A DNA stretch of 57,724 bases, filler included, from Malassezia furfur (taxonomy: Eukaryota): assembly GCA_052055015.1 (NCBI GenBank). It is 2 parts of 2 records of this genome, joined end to end, with 100 filler letters (N's around TTAATTAATTAA, not from the genome) between each part and the next. Parts side by side here need not be neighbours in the genome. Positions count along the whole stretch, not along the records: positions 1 to 29,037 come from JBQJIT010000108.1; positions 29,138 to 57,724 come from JBQJIT010000109.1. One strand, 5' to 3'. The notes beneath the pieces are model-generated. The model searched no databases, was not told where the DNA came from, and saw only the letters and a program-made list of their open reading frames with translations. Positions within the stretch are counted from its first letter, which is position 1, and every line of letters starts with the position of its first letter. The position numbers and the translations under genes are program-made. Of this stretch, positions 21,079-30,636 are shown in pieces.

Positions 21079-22196
21079 CTATCTCGATTCTGTGGAAGGG
21101 GATGCGTCAGGGTCGTCCGAGGGCGCGTCCGCCTTGGGGGCCGGGGCAAGAGATGCACGGGCTTTGGCTGCCAGATCAGCATACTGGCTGCGATGGGTAT
21201 GCTGTGTGAGTACGGCGACGTACAAGCCACGACCGGTACTGTTTTTCAGTGGCCACCTTGTCTTTGGCATGGGCGCTGGCCTCGTCTTGGTTCTTGTCCC
21301 ATGCAATCAGGTTCCGTCGCAGACGCTCGAGCGACTCGCGATTCGCGGGCGCGGCATCGAGGTTGGCGTTATACACGTTGACCCACTGCCGGTGCCGCTC
21401 GATTAGGCGGTCCTTGGGCCCTTGCGTGGGCAGGCCGAGCGACTGCGTTAGGGTAGTGACGTACGCCGAGCATCTTTCGTAGATCCCTTTCGGATTTGAG
21501 CTGGTACTGAGGCCGTGTGAGCCGCTTGGCATGTACAAAAGGGTCCGGCGCCGGCGACGGAGATGCTGAGGACGGGTTGCACCCCATATCGAGGTGCGTA
21601 TTGAGGTCGGCCGCCGTAAAGCTTCGTGCGCAAATCGGGCACTGGACGGTATCGTCGGCTGGGTTAGATGCGCACGACGTACCCTGCAAACTGCGGTAAT
21701 CCACGGGTTCCTCCTTGCGCGGGCGCAGGCGGCGGCCGTGCTCTGGCTCTGCAGCGCGTTTCTCCGAGCCGGTGCTGGGCTGGGGTATCTCGTGTGCGGT
21801 AGCTGTGCGCGTGCGCTCGAGCGTGTCGAGCCGCTTTTGTTTGGTGACCAGGTCGGCGCTGCGTTAGACGGCGACGTACCGAGCGGTGCGCCAGCTCGTT
21901 GCGGCCGCTTCCAGCGCCGGCTGTGGCATCAGCTCGCTGTCGTATGCCTTCTTTTGGCGGCAGTTCGGGCAGAACGACCCCGAGCCGCCCGGCTGGTTGA
22001 TGTGCGTGCGGATGCACGACGAGCAGAAAACGTGCCCACACTCGCGCAGGGCGACGGGCGCGCGGAAAATGTCCTGAATAAGCACCACACATACATAGCA
22101 CAGTCCACAGCGCAAGCTCGCATCGAGCGGCCGGAGCGTGGCCCATGCATCGGGCCAGTCGCTCGGGTCGCTCACCTGGTCCAGCAGCGCGTCCAT
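21079..22196 (-). CDS. RAD18: E3 ubiquitin ligase Rad18 (RING, UBZ, SAP); introns 22074-22094, 21859-21879, 21659-21682, 21443-21464, 21202-21223
   Basis: LRCGLCY|DIFRAPV..CGHVFCSSCIR..CPNCR; CPIC..LNTHLDMGC; LRKMLG|SLGLPTQGPKDRLIERHRQWVNVYNANLD. Confidence 0.92.
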
Positions 22197-22260
22197 CGCG
22201 ACGCGTAGTAAAACCTCCACACTATGAGACGCGCGCCCTCCTGCGCGCGGCCGGGTCTAC

Positions 22261-24309
22261 CTAGCGATGGTGCCGCAACCGCTCGTGTCGGAGCATGGCG
22301 TCTTTGCGTGAGAAACTTGCGCCACACACGCGGCAGATCCATTCGAGCTCGGCGAGCGCCTTTTTGACGTCGACCTCCTTGCCCAGGACGACGCACTGCT
22401 CCACTTTGAGCTTGCCCTCCTTGACGAGCTGCGCCTCTTCGCGCAGGTGCAGCGTGATGCGATGGCGCGCCAGGTCGTACATGCGGTGGAACACAGTGCC
22501 ACAGCGCTGTCCGGTGATTGGCGACACGTAGTCGCACCGGATTGCGGATGAGTTGGACGACGACGACGAGGCCTGCGCCGCGCGTGCGACGTCGGCGGTC
22601 GCGCCTGTGGGCGACTGCTGCCCTGACGCGGTGCGTGCGTGCCCGCCCGAGGCGCGCGTGGCACGCCCGCGCTTGTTGGCGGCGCGCGGCGTGTGGTGCA
22701 CGAGATGGGACTGCTCGTAGTCCGACTCGTCATTTTCGGGGCTGCTCGAGTCGGACGATGGCCCTGTGGAGACCCGCGCGCTAGACACGTCCTGTTCGCT
22801 CGACTTGCGGCGTGTGTTGCTCGACGAGCGCAGCTGCCGTGGCCGCTCGGCTTCCGCCGAGGCGCGCGAAGGCCGCGCACGGGCTTCTGTCGCCTCCTCC
22901 TCGTCGTCGCTCACGTCGCGGCCCATGCGCGGCGCGCGTTTCGGCGCGGGGGTGATGGCCTGCGCGGTGTTGAGGATCGACGGGCTGCGCCCGCGGTCGT
23001 TGTGGCCCGGTGTGTCGCTCTCGGTCATGCTCACCGACATTTGTGAGCCGCCGGCCGAGTCGAGGTCGTTGCTCTGCACGCTCAGACCGCTCTCTTGGCT
23101 CCCGGGGATGTACCCGTAGCCCCCGAGCGCGCCGGGCACCGTATTCGCAAACTGTGCCGCACGGCCCGACAGGTGCTCGCCCATCCGCGGCGGCCGAGCA
23201 GGGGTATCTTCTTCGGACTCACTCGAGGTCGACATTGCCGAGAACGACGGCCCCGTCACGGCCCAGTCGCGCGGCGGCACACGCTGCGACGGCGCGGTGC
23301 CGCTGTCGGTGGGCCCGTACATGGAGCGGCTCCACTGCTCCAGCAGCTGCTCGTTGGGCGCGGTCGCGCCCAGTACCGAGCCGGCGTATGACGACGAGGG
23401 GAACGGCCGCTCGTCCTCGTCGTCCTCTTCCTCGGTGCTCGATCCGCCCTCCATCGCACTCGATAAGCCAAACGGCGGCGCCAGCAGCGTGTCGTCGTCG
23501 GTGCGTGGCGGGATCAGTGGCGGGGGGTTCTGGTTCGGGAACAGGTCGGGCCCCGCGTTGGGTGTCGCGGCGCGGTCGACGTCGAGGCAGAGCTCGCGCG
23601 GCGAGACGGTGAGCCGGTTGTCGCCCTGTGTCCGTGGCGGGCCCTGCTCCGCCTGGTTCGCGGCGGCGCGCAGCATATCAGGGTTTGCGATGCCAGGCGG
23701 CGTCGGGCCCCATGGCTTCCATTGCTCTTGCCCGTCGCCGGGCATGTTCCACAGGAAGGGTTGGTCGGCGTCCGGCTCGAGCGTGTCTTTGGACGGCGCC
23801 TGGTTGGGGGGGTACGGCCACCCCTGGGCCAGTGGGTGGTTGCCCTGGGTCTGCTTAGTGGGCATGAACGTGTTCTGTTTCGCCTGGCCGTTGGCGTCGC
23901 GCCCGCCCAGGTCGGGGAACAGGGCGCCAGGCAGGTTGCGGTCGTCGCCTTGGAGCGATAGCATCGTCAGCGGGGTGCCGAGCGTGCCGCTCGACGGCTG
24001 CTGGGGCGGCGTGGCATTGGGTGACGCCGAGGTGCGTGCATGCGCCGCGTTTGGCGCGGTAGCATAGGGATCGCCGCCGCGCATGGCACGCTGCATCAGC
24101 ATCGGGTCGGCCTGGCCGAGCTGCGCAAAGGGATAGTATGGCGCCTCGTCGAGGACAGGCGAGGTATCGTTCAGCTGTCCGCGGTACTGCAAGAAGGAGG
24201 GTTTGTTGAATCCGGCCGTGCGTGGATCTTGTGACGACATGGCGCCCTGCGATGGGGTTCCCGCCGGGTTCGTCCCATCGTCAAAGAGGACGAAGTCGTC
24301 GGCCTGCAT
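22261..24309 (-). CDS. C2H2 zinc-finger transcription factor (Rpn4-like finger pair)
   Basis: CGTVFHRMYDLARHRITLH and CRVCGASFSRKDAMLRHERLRH at the C-terminus; disordered acidic N-terminus; start inferred. Confidence 0.8.
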   Translation of the reverse strand: MQADDFVLFDDGTNPAGTPSQGAMSSQDPRTAGFNKPSFLQYRGQLNDTSPVLDEAPYYPFAQLGQADPMLMQRAMRGGDPYATAPNAAHARTSASPNATPPQQPSSGTLGTPLTMLSLQGDDRNLPGALFPDLGGRDANGQAKQNTFMPTKQTQGNHPLAQGWPYPPNQAPSKDTLEPDADQPFLWNMPGDGQEQWKPWGPTPPGIANPDMLRAAANQAEQGPPRTQGDNRLTVSPRELCLDVDRAATPNAGPDLFPNQNPPPLIPPRTDDDTLLAPPFGLSSAMEGGSSTEEEDDEDERPFPSSSYAGSVLGATAPNEQLLEQWSRSMYGPTDSGTAPSQRVPPRDWAVTGPSFSAMSTSSESEEDTPARPPRMGEHLSGRAAQFANTVPGALGGYGYIPGSQESGLSVQSNDLDSAGGSQMSVSMTESDTPGHNDRGRSPSILNTAQAITPAPKRAPRMGRDVSDDEEEATEARARPSRASAEAERPRQLRSSSNTRRKSSEQDVSSARVSTGPSSDSSSPENDESDYEQSHLVHHTPRAANKRGRATRASGGHARTASGQQSPTGATADVARAAQASSSSSNSSAIRCDYVSPITGQRCGTVFHRMYDLARHRITLHLREEAQLVKEGKLKVEQCVVLGKEVDVKKALAELEWICRVCGASFSRKDAMLRHERLRHHR

Positions 24310-24651
24310 GCTCGAGCGATGCACGCAATCGGCGCCCCAGGAATCTCGTACCGATGCGGCGGAACGTGCACAGGCAAGCTGCGTTTGCACTCGTCCCTCT
24401 GAACTGCACACGCCGAACGCAACAGCGAGTCGCGGGCGGAGTCACTCGGCAGGTTTGGGCAACGCTGCGCGGGGCCCTCAGATCCCGCCGTCGGCCGAGC
24501 AAGTTTTTTCCACGTCCGTGCGCACGCCGGAGGGCGGCCGCGGCGGCACGCGGCGGCACGCGGCGGCGCGCAGGCGGCGCGGCGGAGCAGGGCGCGACAC
24601 ACGCGGGCGCAGCACGCGCTGGAGCAGGGGCTCGGAGCGCCCCGTTCCACG

Positions 24652-25503
24652 ATGACACGCCGCAGGCCGAGATTCCGCGTAGTGGTCGAGCCACTCCGCC
24701 CGTCGGTGACGCCCGCCGAAATCGCGCAGCTCTTCCAGCCGCTCGAGGTGCGCAGCGTCGTCGTGTCGCAGCAGTCTGGCCGCTTCAAGGCGACCATCGC
24801 GCTCTATACCCAGCTCGACATGGAGTTTGCGTGCCTGCGCAACAACACCATGTATGCTGGCTACCAGCTGTACGTCGCGCGCGACTCACCCAGCCATGTG
24901 TACCCCGTGTGCCACGACGCGCCCGCCGAACCTGCAGCGTCCACGCCGACGGCGCCGGCGCCAGGGCCCGTGTCCGCGCCTGCACCCAGGAACCTATACG
25001 TGCTCAATATCCCGTTGGACGTCACTACTGTACAGCTAGAAAAGTTGTTTGCCGCGTACGGCACCGTGCGGCACTGCGTCATCCTCTCGATGCTCGACGG
25101 CCAGGCCCGACGCCGCGGCTTTGTCGACATGGACACGGCGCGCGAGGCGCACGATGCAATGCACCACCTGCAGGGCCGTGTGTGGTGCGGCTACCCGCTG
25201 GAGGTGAGCTATGCACGCGTGCAGCGAAGCACGGCCGACACGGCCCACGGGCCGTGCCGCCGCGTCGTGCTGAGCGGCCTGTTGCCGTGTGCGACGATTG
25301 ACGCAGACGATGTGCGTGCGCTCGTGGCGCCGTACGCGGCAGTGGCGCACGTCGACTGGGTCGAGCCGCGCGCAGGCGACGAGACGTTTGCTGCGCAGGT
25401 GACGCTCGTAGACGCGCACGACGCCGAGCGCGTCGTGCGCGCGCTCGAAGGGCGCACCATCGTGGGGCAGCACCTGCATGTCGAGTACGGCGCAGCCGAC
25501 TAG
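24652..25503 (+). CDS. RRM-containing RNA-binding protein (up to three RRM-like units)
   Basis: RNP2 NLYVLNIP, RNP1 RRGFVDM, LEVSYA. Confidence 0.8.
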   Translation: MTRRRPRFRVVVEPLRPSVTPAEIAQLFQPLEVRSVVVSQQSGRFKATIALYTQLDMEFACLRNNTMYAGYQLYVARDSPSHVYPVCHDAPAEPAASTPTAPAPGPVSAPAPRNLYVLNIPLDVTTVQLEKLFAAYGTVRHCVILSMLDGQARRRGFVDMDTAREAHDAMHHLQGRVWCGYPLEVSYARVQRSTADTAHGPCRRVVLSGLLPCATIDADDVRALVAPYAAVAHVDWVEPRAGDETFAAQVTLVDAHDAERVVRALEGRTIVGQHLHVEYGAAD

Positions 25504-27152
25504 GAGCGCCGCGTCAATAGAAAGGGACCCTCGTACCCGTGGAGCGCCGTGGGTGTGTACGCGTCGCGCCAGCGGCCGACCAGCTCGCTGCCCGCGACAC
25601 AGTAGCCGCGGTACAGCCAGCGCCCCTGCCGCCCCGGGCCGTACTCTTTCAGGAGCACCACGAGCCCGTCCCAGGCACGCACGCGCCCCCGGACGAAGAA
25701 CTTGCCCCACGCCGAGTGCCCCGTGCCGTAGAGGAGCAGCTCGCGCTGCTCGTCCTGTGCGCTGGGCGGCTCGTCGTCGCTCCAAAACGGCAGGCGGCGC
25801 CACTCGCGCAGCATTGTGTCGGCGTCGAGCGGCGGCGCGCCGTCGGCGTGCGACACAAACGGCTGCTGTCCGTCGCGTGCGGGCGGCGGCGGTGTGGGCG
25901 GCGCGGCGCGGCGCATCTTGTCCATGCCGGGCGCGTCGAGCGGCGCGTCACTGAGCATGTCCTCGTGGTACTGCGCGACGCCGTCGGACGACATGCCCAC
26001 GACCGCCTCCGAGAGCCGCAGCACCTGCGTCTGCTCGCCAAACGTGCCGTCGTACAGCGCCGTGGCGCTGCCGTCGAGCATGCTGCGGTAGGCGTCGAGA
26101 TCGAAAAACGCAAAGCGTCCCTCCCACACGCCCGCAAAGCGGCCGACGTGGTCGTCGAGCCGCAGGCCCGGTGCGTCGTGGGCGTCGTAGCAGCAGCGCA
26201 GGCGCGCGTAGTCTACATCAAAGTCGCGCGACGTCCGCGTGCGCGGAGCAGCGTGCGCGACGCGCGCATCGAGGCGCATCTTGAGACTCGACGCATGCAT
26301 CGCCCGTGCGGTGCACGCAAACAGCAGCGAGGTCGCTGCGAGGCTCACGAGCGGCGCCGCAAGACGCTCGGCATCCGCGTCCGCATCCGCGTCCGCGTCC
26401 GGTGTGTCGCGCGCGGCGCGCCCAGACGGCAGGGTGCGTGCCGTCCACGGGCCGTAAAACATGGCGTACTCGTGTGCGGCAAACACAAAAGGCTTGAGCA
26501 GGAGAAAGAGGTAGTCGTGCTCGTCGCTGTACCGCGCGTCGCCGTGTGCGGGCGCACGGATCGCAGCGAGCGTGTATCGGATGTGCATCGCGAGGCACAC
26601 ACTGAGCGGTGCAGGGGGGTATCGTTGGTGCACGAGGTGGTCGCACAAAGTATGGACCGCATGGAGGTCGACGAGCTCGTCGACGTGCGCCCAGCGCAGC
26701 TGCGCGAGATTATGTGCATCGTGCTCGAGCGCCATCACGTACACGCACCAGAGCGCATCGACCAGCGCGGCGTCTGCGTCGTCGGCGGCGCGCGGTGCGT
26801 CGAGATTGCGGCTGTGGTGCTGGACGTAACGGCGCACCGTTTTCAGTGCGGCAAAGCGGCGCACGAGTTCGGTGGCGAGGTTGGCGGGCGTGCACGCGGC
26901 GCGGCCCATGCGGCGTGCGCGTGCGCCGGTGTCAAACACGCTCGCAAAGATGCGCGCGTACAGCGCCGTGTTGGCGTCGGCGCTCAGCTCGCGGTGCAGC
27001 GAGCGGCTGGCGCACAGCAAGCACAGCAGATCGCGCGGCGGCCCCGGCGCAAACGGCGCGGCATCGCCCGTGGGCGGGAGCACGGCGACGTAGTGCGCGA
27101 TGTGCGTCAAGATCTCACGGGGGAGCAGCTCAAGCGACGCACAGGGCGGCAT
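25500..27152 (-). CDS. F-box domain protein of unknown substrate
   Basis: N-terminal LELLPREILTHIA; C-terminal HSAWGKF..GRVRAWDG, WLYRGY, VGRWRD. Confidence 0.7.
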   Translation of the reverse strand: MPPCASLELLPREILTHIAHYVAVLPPTGDAAPFAPGPPRDLLCLLCASRSLHRELSADANTALYARIFASVFDTGARARRMGRAACTPANLATELVRRFAALKTVRRYVQHHSRNLDAPRAADDADAALVDALWCVYVMALEHDAHNLAQLRWAHVDELVDLHAVHTLCDHLVHQRYPPAPLSVCLAMHIRYTLAAIRAPAHGDARYSDEHDYLFLLLKPFVFAAHEYAMFYGPWTARTLPSGRAARDTPDADADADADAERLAAPLVSLAATSLLFACTARAMHASSLKMRLDARVAHAAPRTRTSRDFDVDYARLRCCYDAHDAPGLRLDDHVGRFAGVWEGRFAFFDLDAYRSMLDGSATALYDGTFGEQTQVLRLSEAVVGMSSDGVAQYHEDMLSDAPLDAPGMDKMRRAAPPTPPPPARDGQQPFVSHADGAPPLDADTMLREWRRLPFWSDDEPPSAQDEQRELLLYGTGHSAWGKFFVRGRVRAWDGLVVLLKEYGPGRQGRWLYRGYCVAGSELVGRWRDAYTPTALHGYEGPFLLTRRS

Positions 27153-27227
27153 CGGGCATCGTGTGGCGCCGTGGCGGGCGGACGAACGGAGGCTGACAAA
27201 GCATGCGCGGCGGCTAGCGGAGACCTA

Positions 27228-28680
27228 CTACAGCGGGGGCGGCGCGCCGTGCGCATACACCGAGCGCGCGTGCGGCTCGGGCGGGATATCAAACGCGGGC
27301 GGCGCGGCCGTGTATGGCATATACACGCCACCATTCGCGGCAAATTCGTACGGTGCCGGCGGCATCATGCCGAAGGACGGGGGCATCAGGGGAGGGGGTA
27401 TGCCGTCCACCGGATTCAGCAGCCGATCGGGCGTGCTCGTGCTGCCCTTTGCGTGTGAGAGGCGCGGCGGCGAGACGCGCGGTGCGTCGAGTGGGGCGAG
27501 GCCGACCTGCTCCGCGAGGCGGCGGTACGCCGGCGCATTCACGAGGTCGTGGCGGCACAGGATCTCGGCGACCTTGTCGACGCACTCGGCGTACGCGTCG
27601 GGCGCCAGCATGGGGCTCTGCAGCGCCTTGGCCACAAGCTGCGAGCCGTGCACGAGGTCGAGCAGGATCTCCTCGAGCACCGTCGCCTGCGGCAGGTCAA
27701 AGATGGCGCCGAGGAGGAGCAGCGCCGCGTCCGGCTCAGTGCTCCGCCCGACGATGCGCAGCACCGTGACCGAGGCGAGCTTGTGCGTGGCGAGCTGCGC
27801 AATGTGCGGCACAAAGCGCGGCGCCAGCTGGCCCATCACCCCGTCGAGGTTCGAGGTGTCGAGCAGCCACGTGAGCAGCAGCGCGCCGTTGGCGCTCGTC
27901 GCGAGCGGGACGCAGTTCAAAATGATGGCCATCGCGACGCGCTTGATGTGTACGCGCGGCACGGCGGGGTGCTCGAGCACGGTGCGCATGCTGCGCGCGC
28001 CGAAGCGCCCCTGCGCAATCTCCCAGCACCGGTCGACCATCGCATCGAGCACAAACGTGGCGCGGGGGAAGCCAAACGGCAGCACACACTGCACCACGTA
28101 GTTGCCAAACTGGTCGAGCAGCAGCGCGGGCACGTACGGCTGCAGGTGCTCTACAATGAGCGTCTGCTGCGCGTCGGTGTGCGCGCAGTCGATGATTTTT
28201 TGGGCGGCCCACGTCCCGTTCTTGTGGCAGCCAATCGTGGCGAGGTGCGGCGCAAGGCGCTCGAGCAGCCGCGTCTTGACCGACTCGGAGCACTGCTCAA
28301 AGAAGCGCTGCACCACCGTGTTGCCGATGTAGTTGCTCGCCAGCTCCACGATCACGTCGAGGTGGTCAAGCGCCACGGCGTCGACTTGCGCCTGGCCCAG
28401 CTGGCCCCCCTCGATGTTTTTGCGCAGCTCGCGGAAGCGCGCGTTGTCAAAGCGCCGGCTCGAGCGCCCACCGTCGTGCACGGGCGGGATGCTCGCATGG
28501 TACAGCCGCGCCTCGGGCGTCTCGAGCGCGTGCACCGTGGGGTCGGGCCCGCTGCGGAAGTGCAGCGCATCGCCAAACGCACGCTGCTGCTCGGGTGCGA
28601 GCGTAACGACGTGCTCGAGCGGCAGCGGCACGCCGCCCTTGTCGCTGCTCGGCACAATGCTTGCCGTGCCGCCGTGCCGA
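27228..28680 (-). CDS. JSN1: Pumilio-repeat protein of the Jsn1/Puf2 type, 5' part missing in this orientation
   Basis: LASNYIGNTVVQRFFE, HKNGTWAAQKII, DQFGNYVVQC, QGRFGARSMR, HKLAS; no credible start codon on the minus strand. Confidence 0.85.
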
Positions 28681-29037
28681 ATCGGCTGCGCAGTCTGACG
28701 ATGCCAGGGAACTCGACGTCTGCACATGCGGACCGCAACGTGTACATCTCCCAGCTGAGCGGCGAGGCATCGACGCGTGTGCTGCTGCGCCTGTTTGAGC
28801 CATACGGCGTGATTGACGACATTGTGCTTTTCCCGCGGCACAATGGTGCACTGATCCAGTTCCGTGAGGCGCAGCATGCAAGCGATGCGCTGGATGCAGG
28901 CGTGACCTGTATTGGGCCGTACCTCGTTGAGCTGCTCTCCGACCAGCGCGTTGTGCCGCAGTTTTCGCGCGTCGAGGCCGAGTGGGCCAAGCCACGTGCC
29001 GGATCGGCGGCGGTCGCCGCGGCGGCGGCGGCGTCGC
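28681..29037 (+). CDS. RRM-coding fragment, probably the inverted N-terminal part of the Jsn1-like gene
   Basis: RNVYISQL (RNP2-like), LFEPYGVI, GALIQF (RNP1-like), VEAEWAK; runs into the contig gap. Confidence 0.6.
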
Positions 29038-29137
29038 NNNNNNNNNNNNNNNNNNNNNNNNNNNNNNNNNNNNNNNNNNNNTTAATTAATTAANNNNNNN
29101 NNNNNNNNNNNNNNNNNNNNNNNNNNNNNNNNNNNNN
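29038..29137. other. Artificial contig linker N44-TTAATTAATTAA-N44
   Basis: Stop codons in all six frames, symmetric Ns, exactly 100 bp; flanking genes are both truncated. Confidence 0.95.
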
Positions 29138-30512
29138 GCACGAGCCGCTCGGCCCACGGCGCGGCGCGCGCCGCCTCTGCGTCGCTCGCGCGCTCGGCGC
29201 CGCTCTTCACGACGCCGTCGAGGCGCAGCAGGTCGTGCGCGACAAACTCGCCCAGGAGCCGCACGCTCTCCCACTCGCCCTTGGACGCGTGGATCTCAAA
29301 GTTGCCGATGCGCAGCCACGACGTGGCGAGGCGCATCGCCACTGCCGCGCTCGTCATCGTCTCGCGCGCGACGGGCAGGTCGGGAAACTGCGTCACGGCG
29401 AGCGCGCGGCTCGTCGGGATGCCCAGCGCCGCCATGTATTCGGACGCGAGGAACTCGCGCAGCGAGCTCTTGAGCGTCGCCAGCCCGTCGCCAAAGCGCG
29501 AGAACGGCGTGCGCCCCGCACCCTTGAGCTGCACCTCCCAGCGGCGCTCTGACGCGGGGTCGAGCGCCTCGACGAGCGTCACCGCACGCCCGTCGCCCAG
29601 CTGGCCGGCCCACTCGCCAAACTGGTGGCCACCGTACCGCAGCGCGTATGGGCCGTACGGGCGGTGGCGATCGGTGCGCCGCGCCGCCACCTCGCTCGAG
29701 AAGCGCGCAGGGTTCTCTTGTGCGGGCTGCTTCCACCCGGCGTTGGCGTCGGCCTCGGTAAAAAATTGCACCCCCGCTCCACTCGCGTCGTCGATCTGCT
29801 CGGTCGCAACGTGCAGCGGCACGGCCCGCCCGGCGGCCCAGTCGCTAAAGGCGCGCCGTGCGTCCGCATCGTTGCCCGCCGCATCGCCGTACTGTGACGC
29901 ACGGCCGCCCGCCAGCGCATCTGCGACAGGGCCCGAGCTGTATGCGTATGGCCCCGCATCACCCGACGTCCGCTGGACCCAGGCGTGCATGTCGCCCACG
30001 GCAAGGTGCGGCAGGCAGTGAGCATGGCACTCGGGCGAGAACGCCACCACGCGCGCCGAGGGGTAAGTGGTGTCTGCGCGGCGCGGCGGCACCGCGTCGA
30101 CACGCTCACCCGCGCGCGGCACCTGCACCTCGTAACCGCGCAGCGAGCTCTCGATCTGGTCCATGCGGCGCACGGCGTTTTTCTGTGTCTGCTCTGCGCG
30201 CTGCGCTTCGTCGAGCCCAGACTGCTGCTGCTGCTCGGCCTCCATCTCACGCTTCTGGTGCTCTCCGAGCGTCTTGTGTGCATCGTTGCTCTCCGGCGCG
30301 GGGAACTCGTATGGGAACGGGAGCGGCAGGGGTGACACATAGGCAAAATGCGCGCCACCCTGCACGAACCGCGCGCGGCGGAGGAGCGAGGGGTATCCCA
30401 CGGGCGTCGCGGTGAGCGCAGCGGCCGTCGGCGTCACTGGATCCGCCAGCAAATTCGCCGTGAGCTGCTGCCCCACCGGGACGCGCGGTAGGGACAGCGG
30501 GCGGTACTTCAT
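29138..30512 (-). CDS. FMP40: SelO/YdiU-family protein adenylyltransferase, 3'-truncated at the gap
   Basis: YGGHQFGEWAGQLGDGRA, QLKGAGRTPFSRFGDG, SSLREFLASE, GIPTSRAL, WLRIGNFE. Confidence 0.92.
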
Positions 30513-30636
30513 CGTGGTGTGCATCCAATGCCCAGACCCGCGCCCCGATCGACATCTGGGCGTGTGGAGTCGGCTCGTGCGCCAAAAAAAAAAAAGGCAC
30601 GTGGCTTGGCGCTTCGCCTCCCCAGCATTCGCCGCC

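Noticed and set aside
29082..29093. TTAATTAATTAA palindrome as a biological site
   Set aside because: Artificial six-frame stop linker inside Ns; adjacency of the JSN1-like and SelO genes across it is therefore not evidence of linkage
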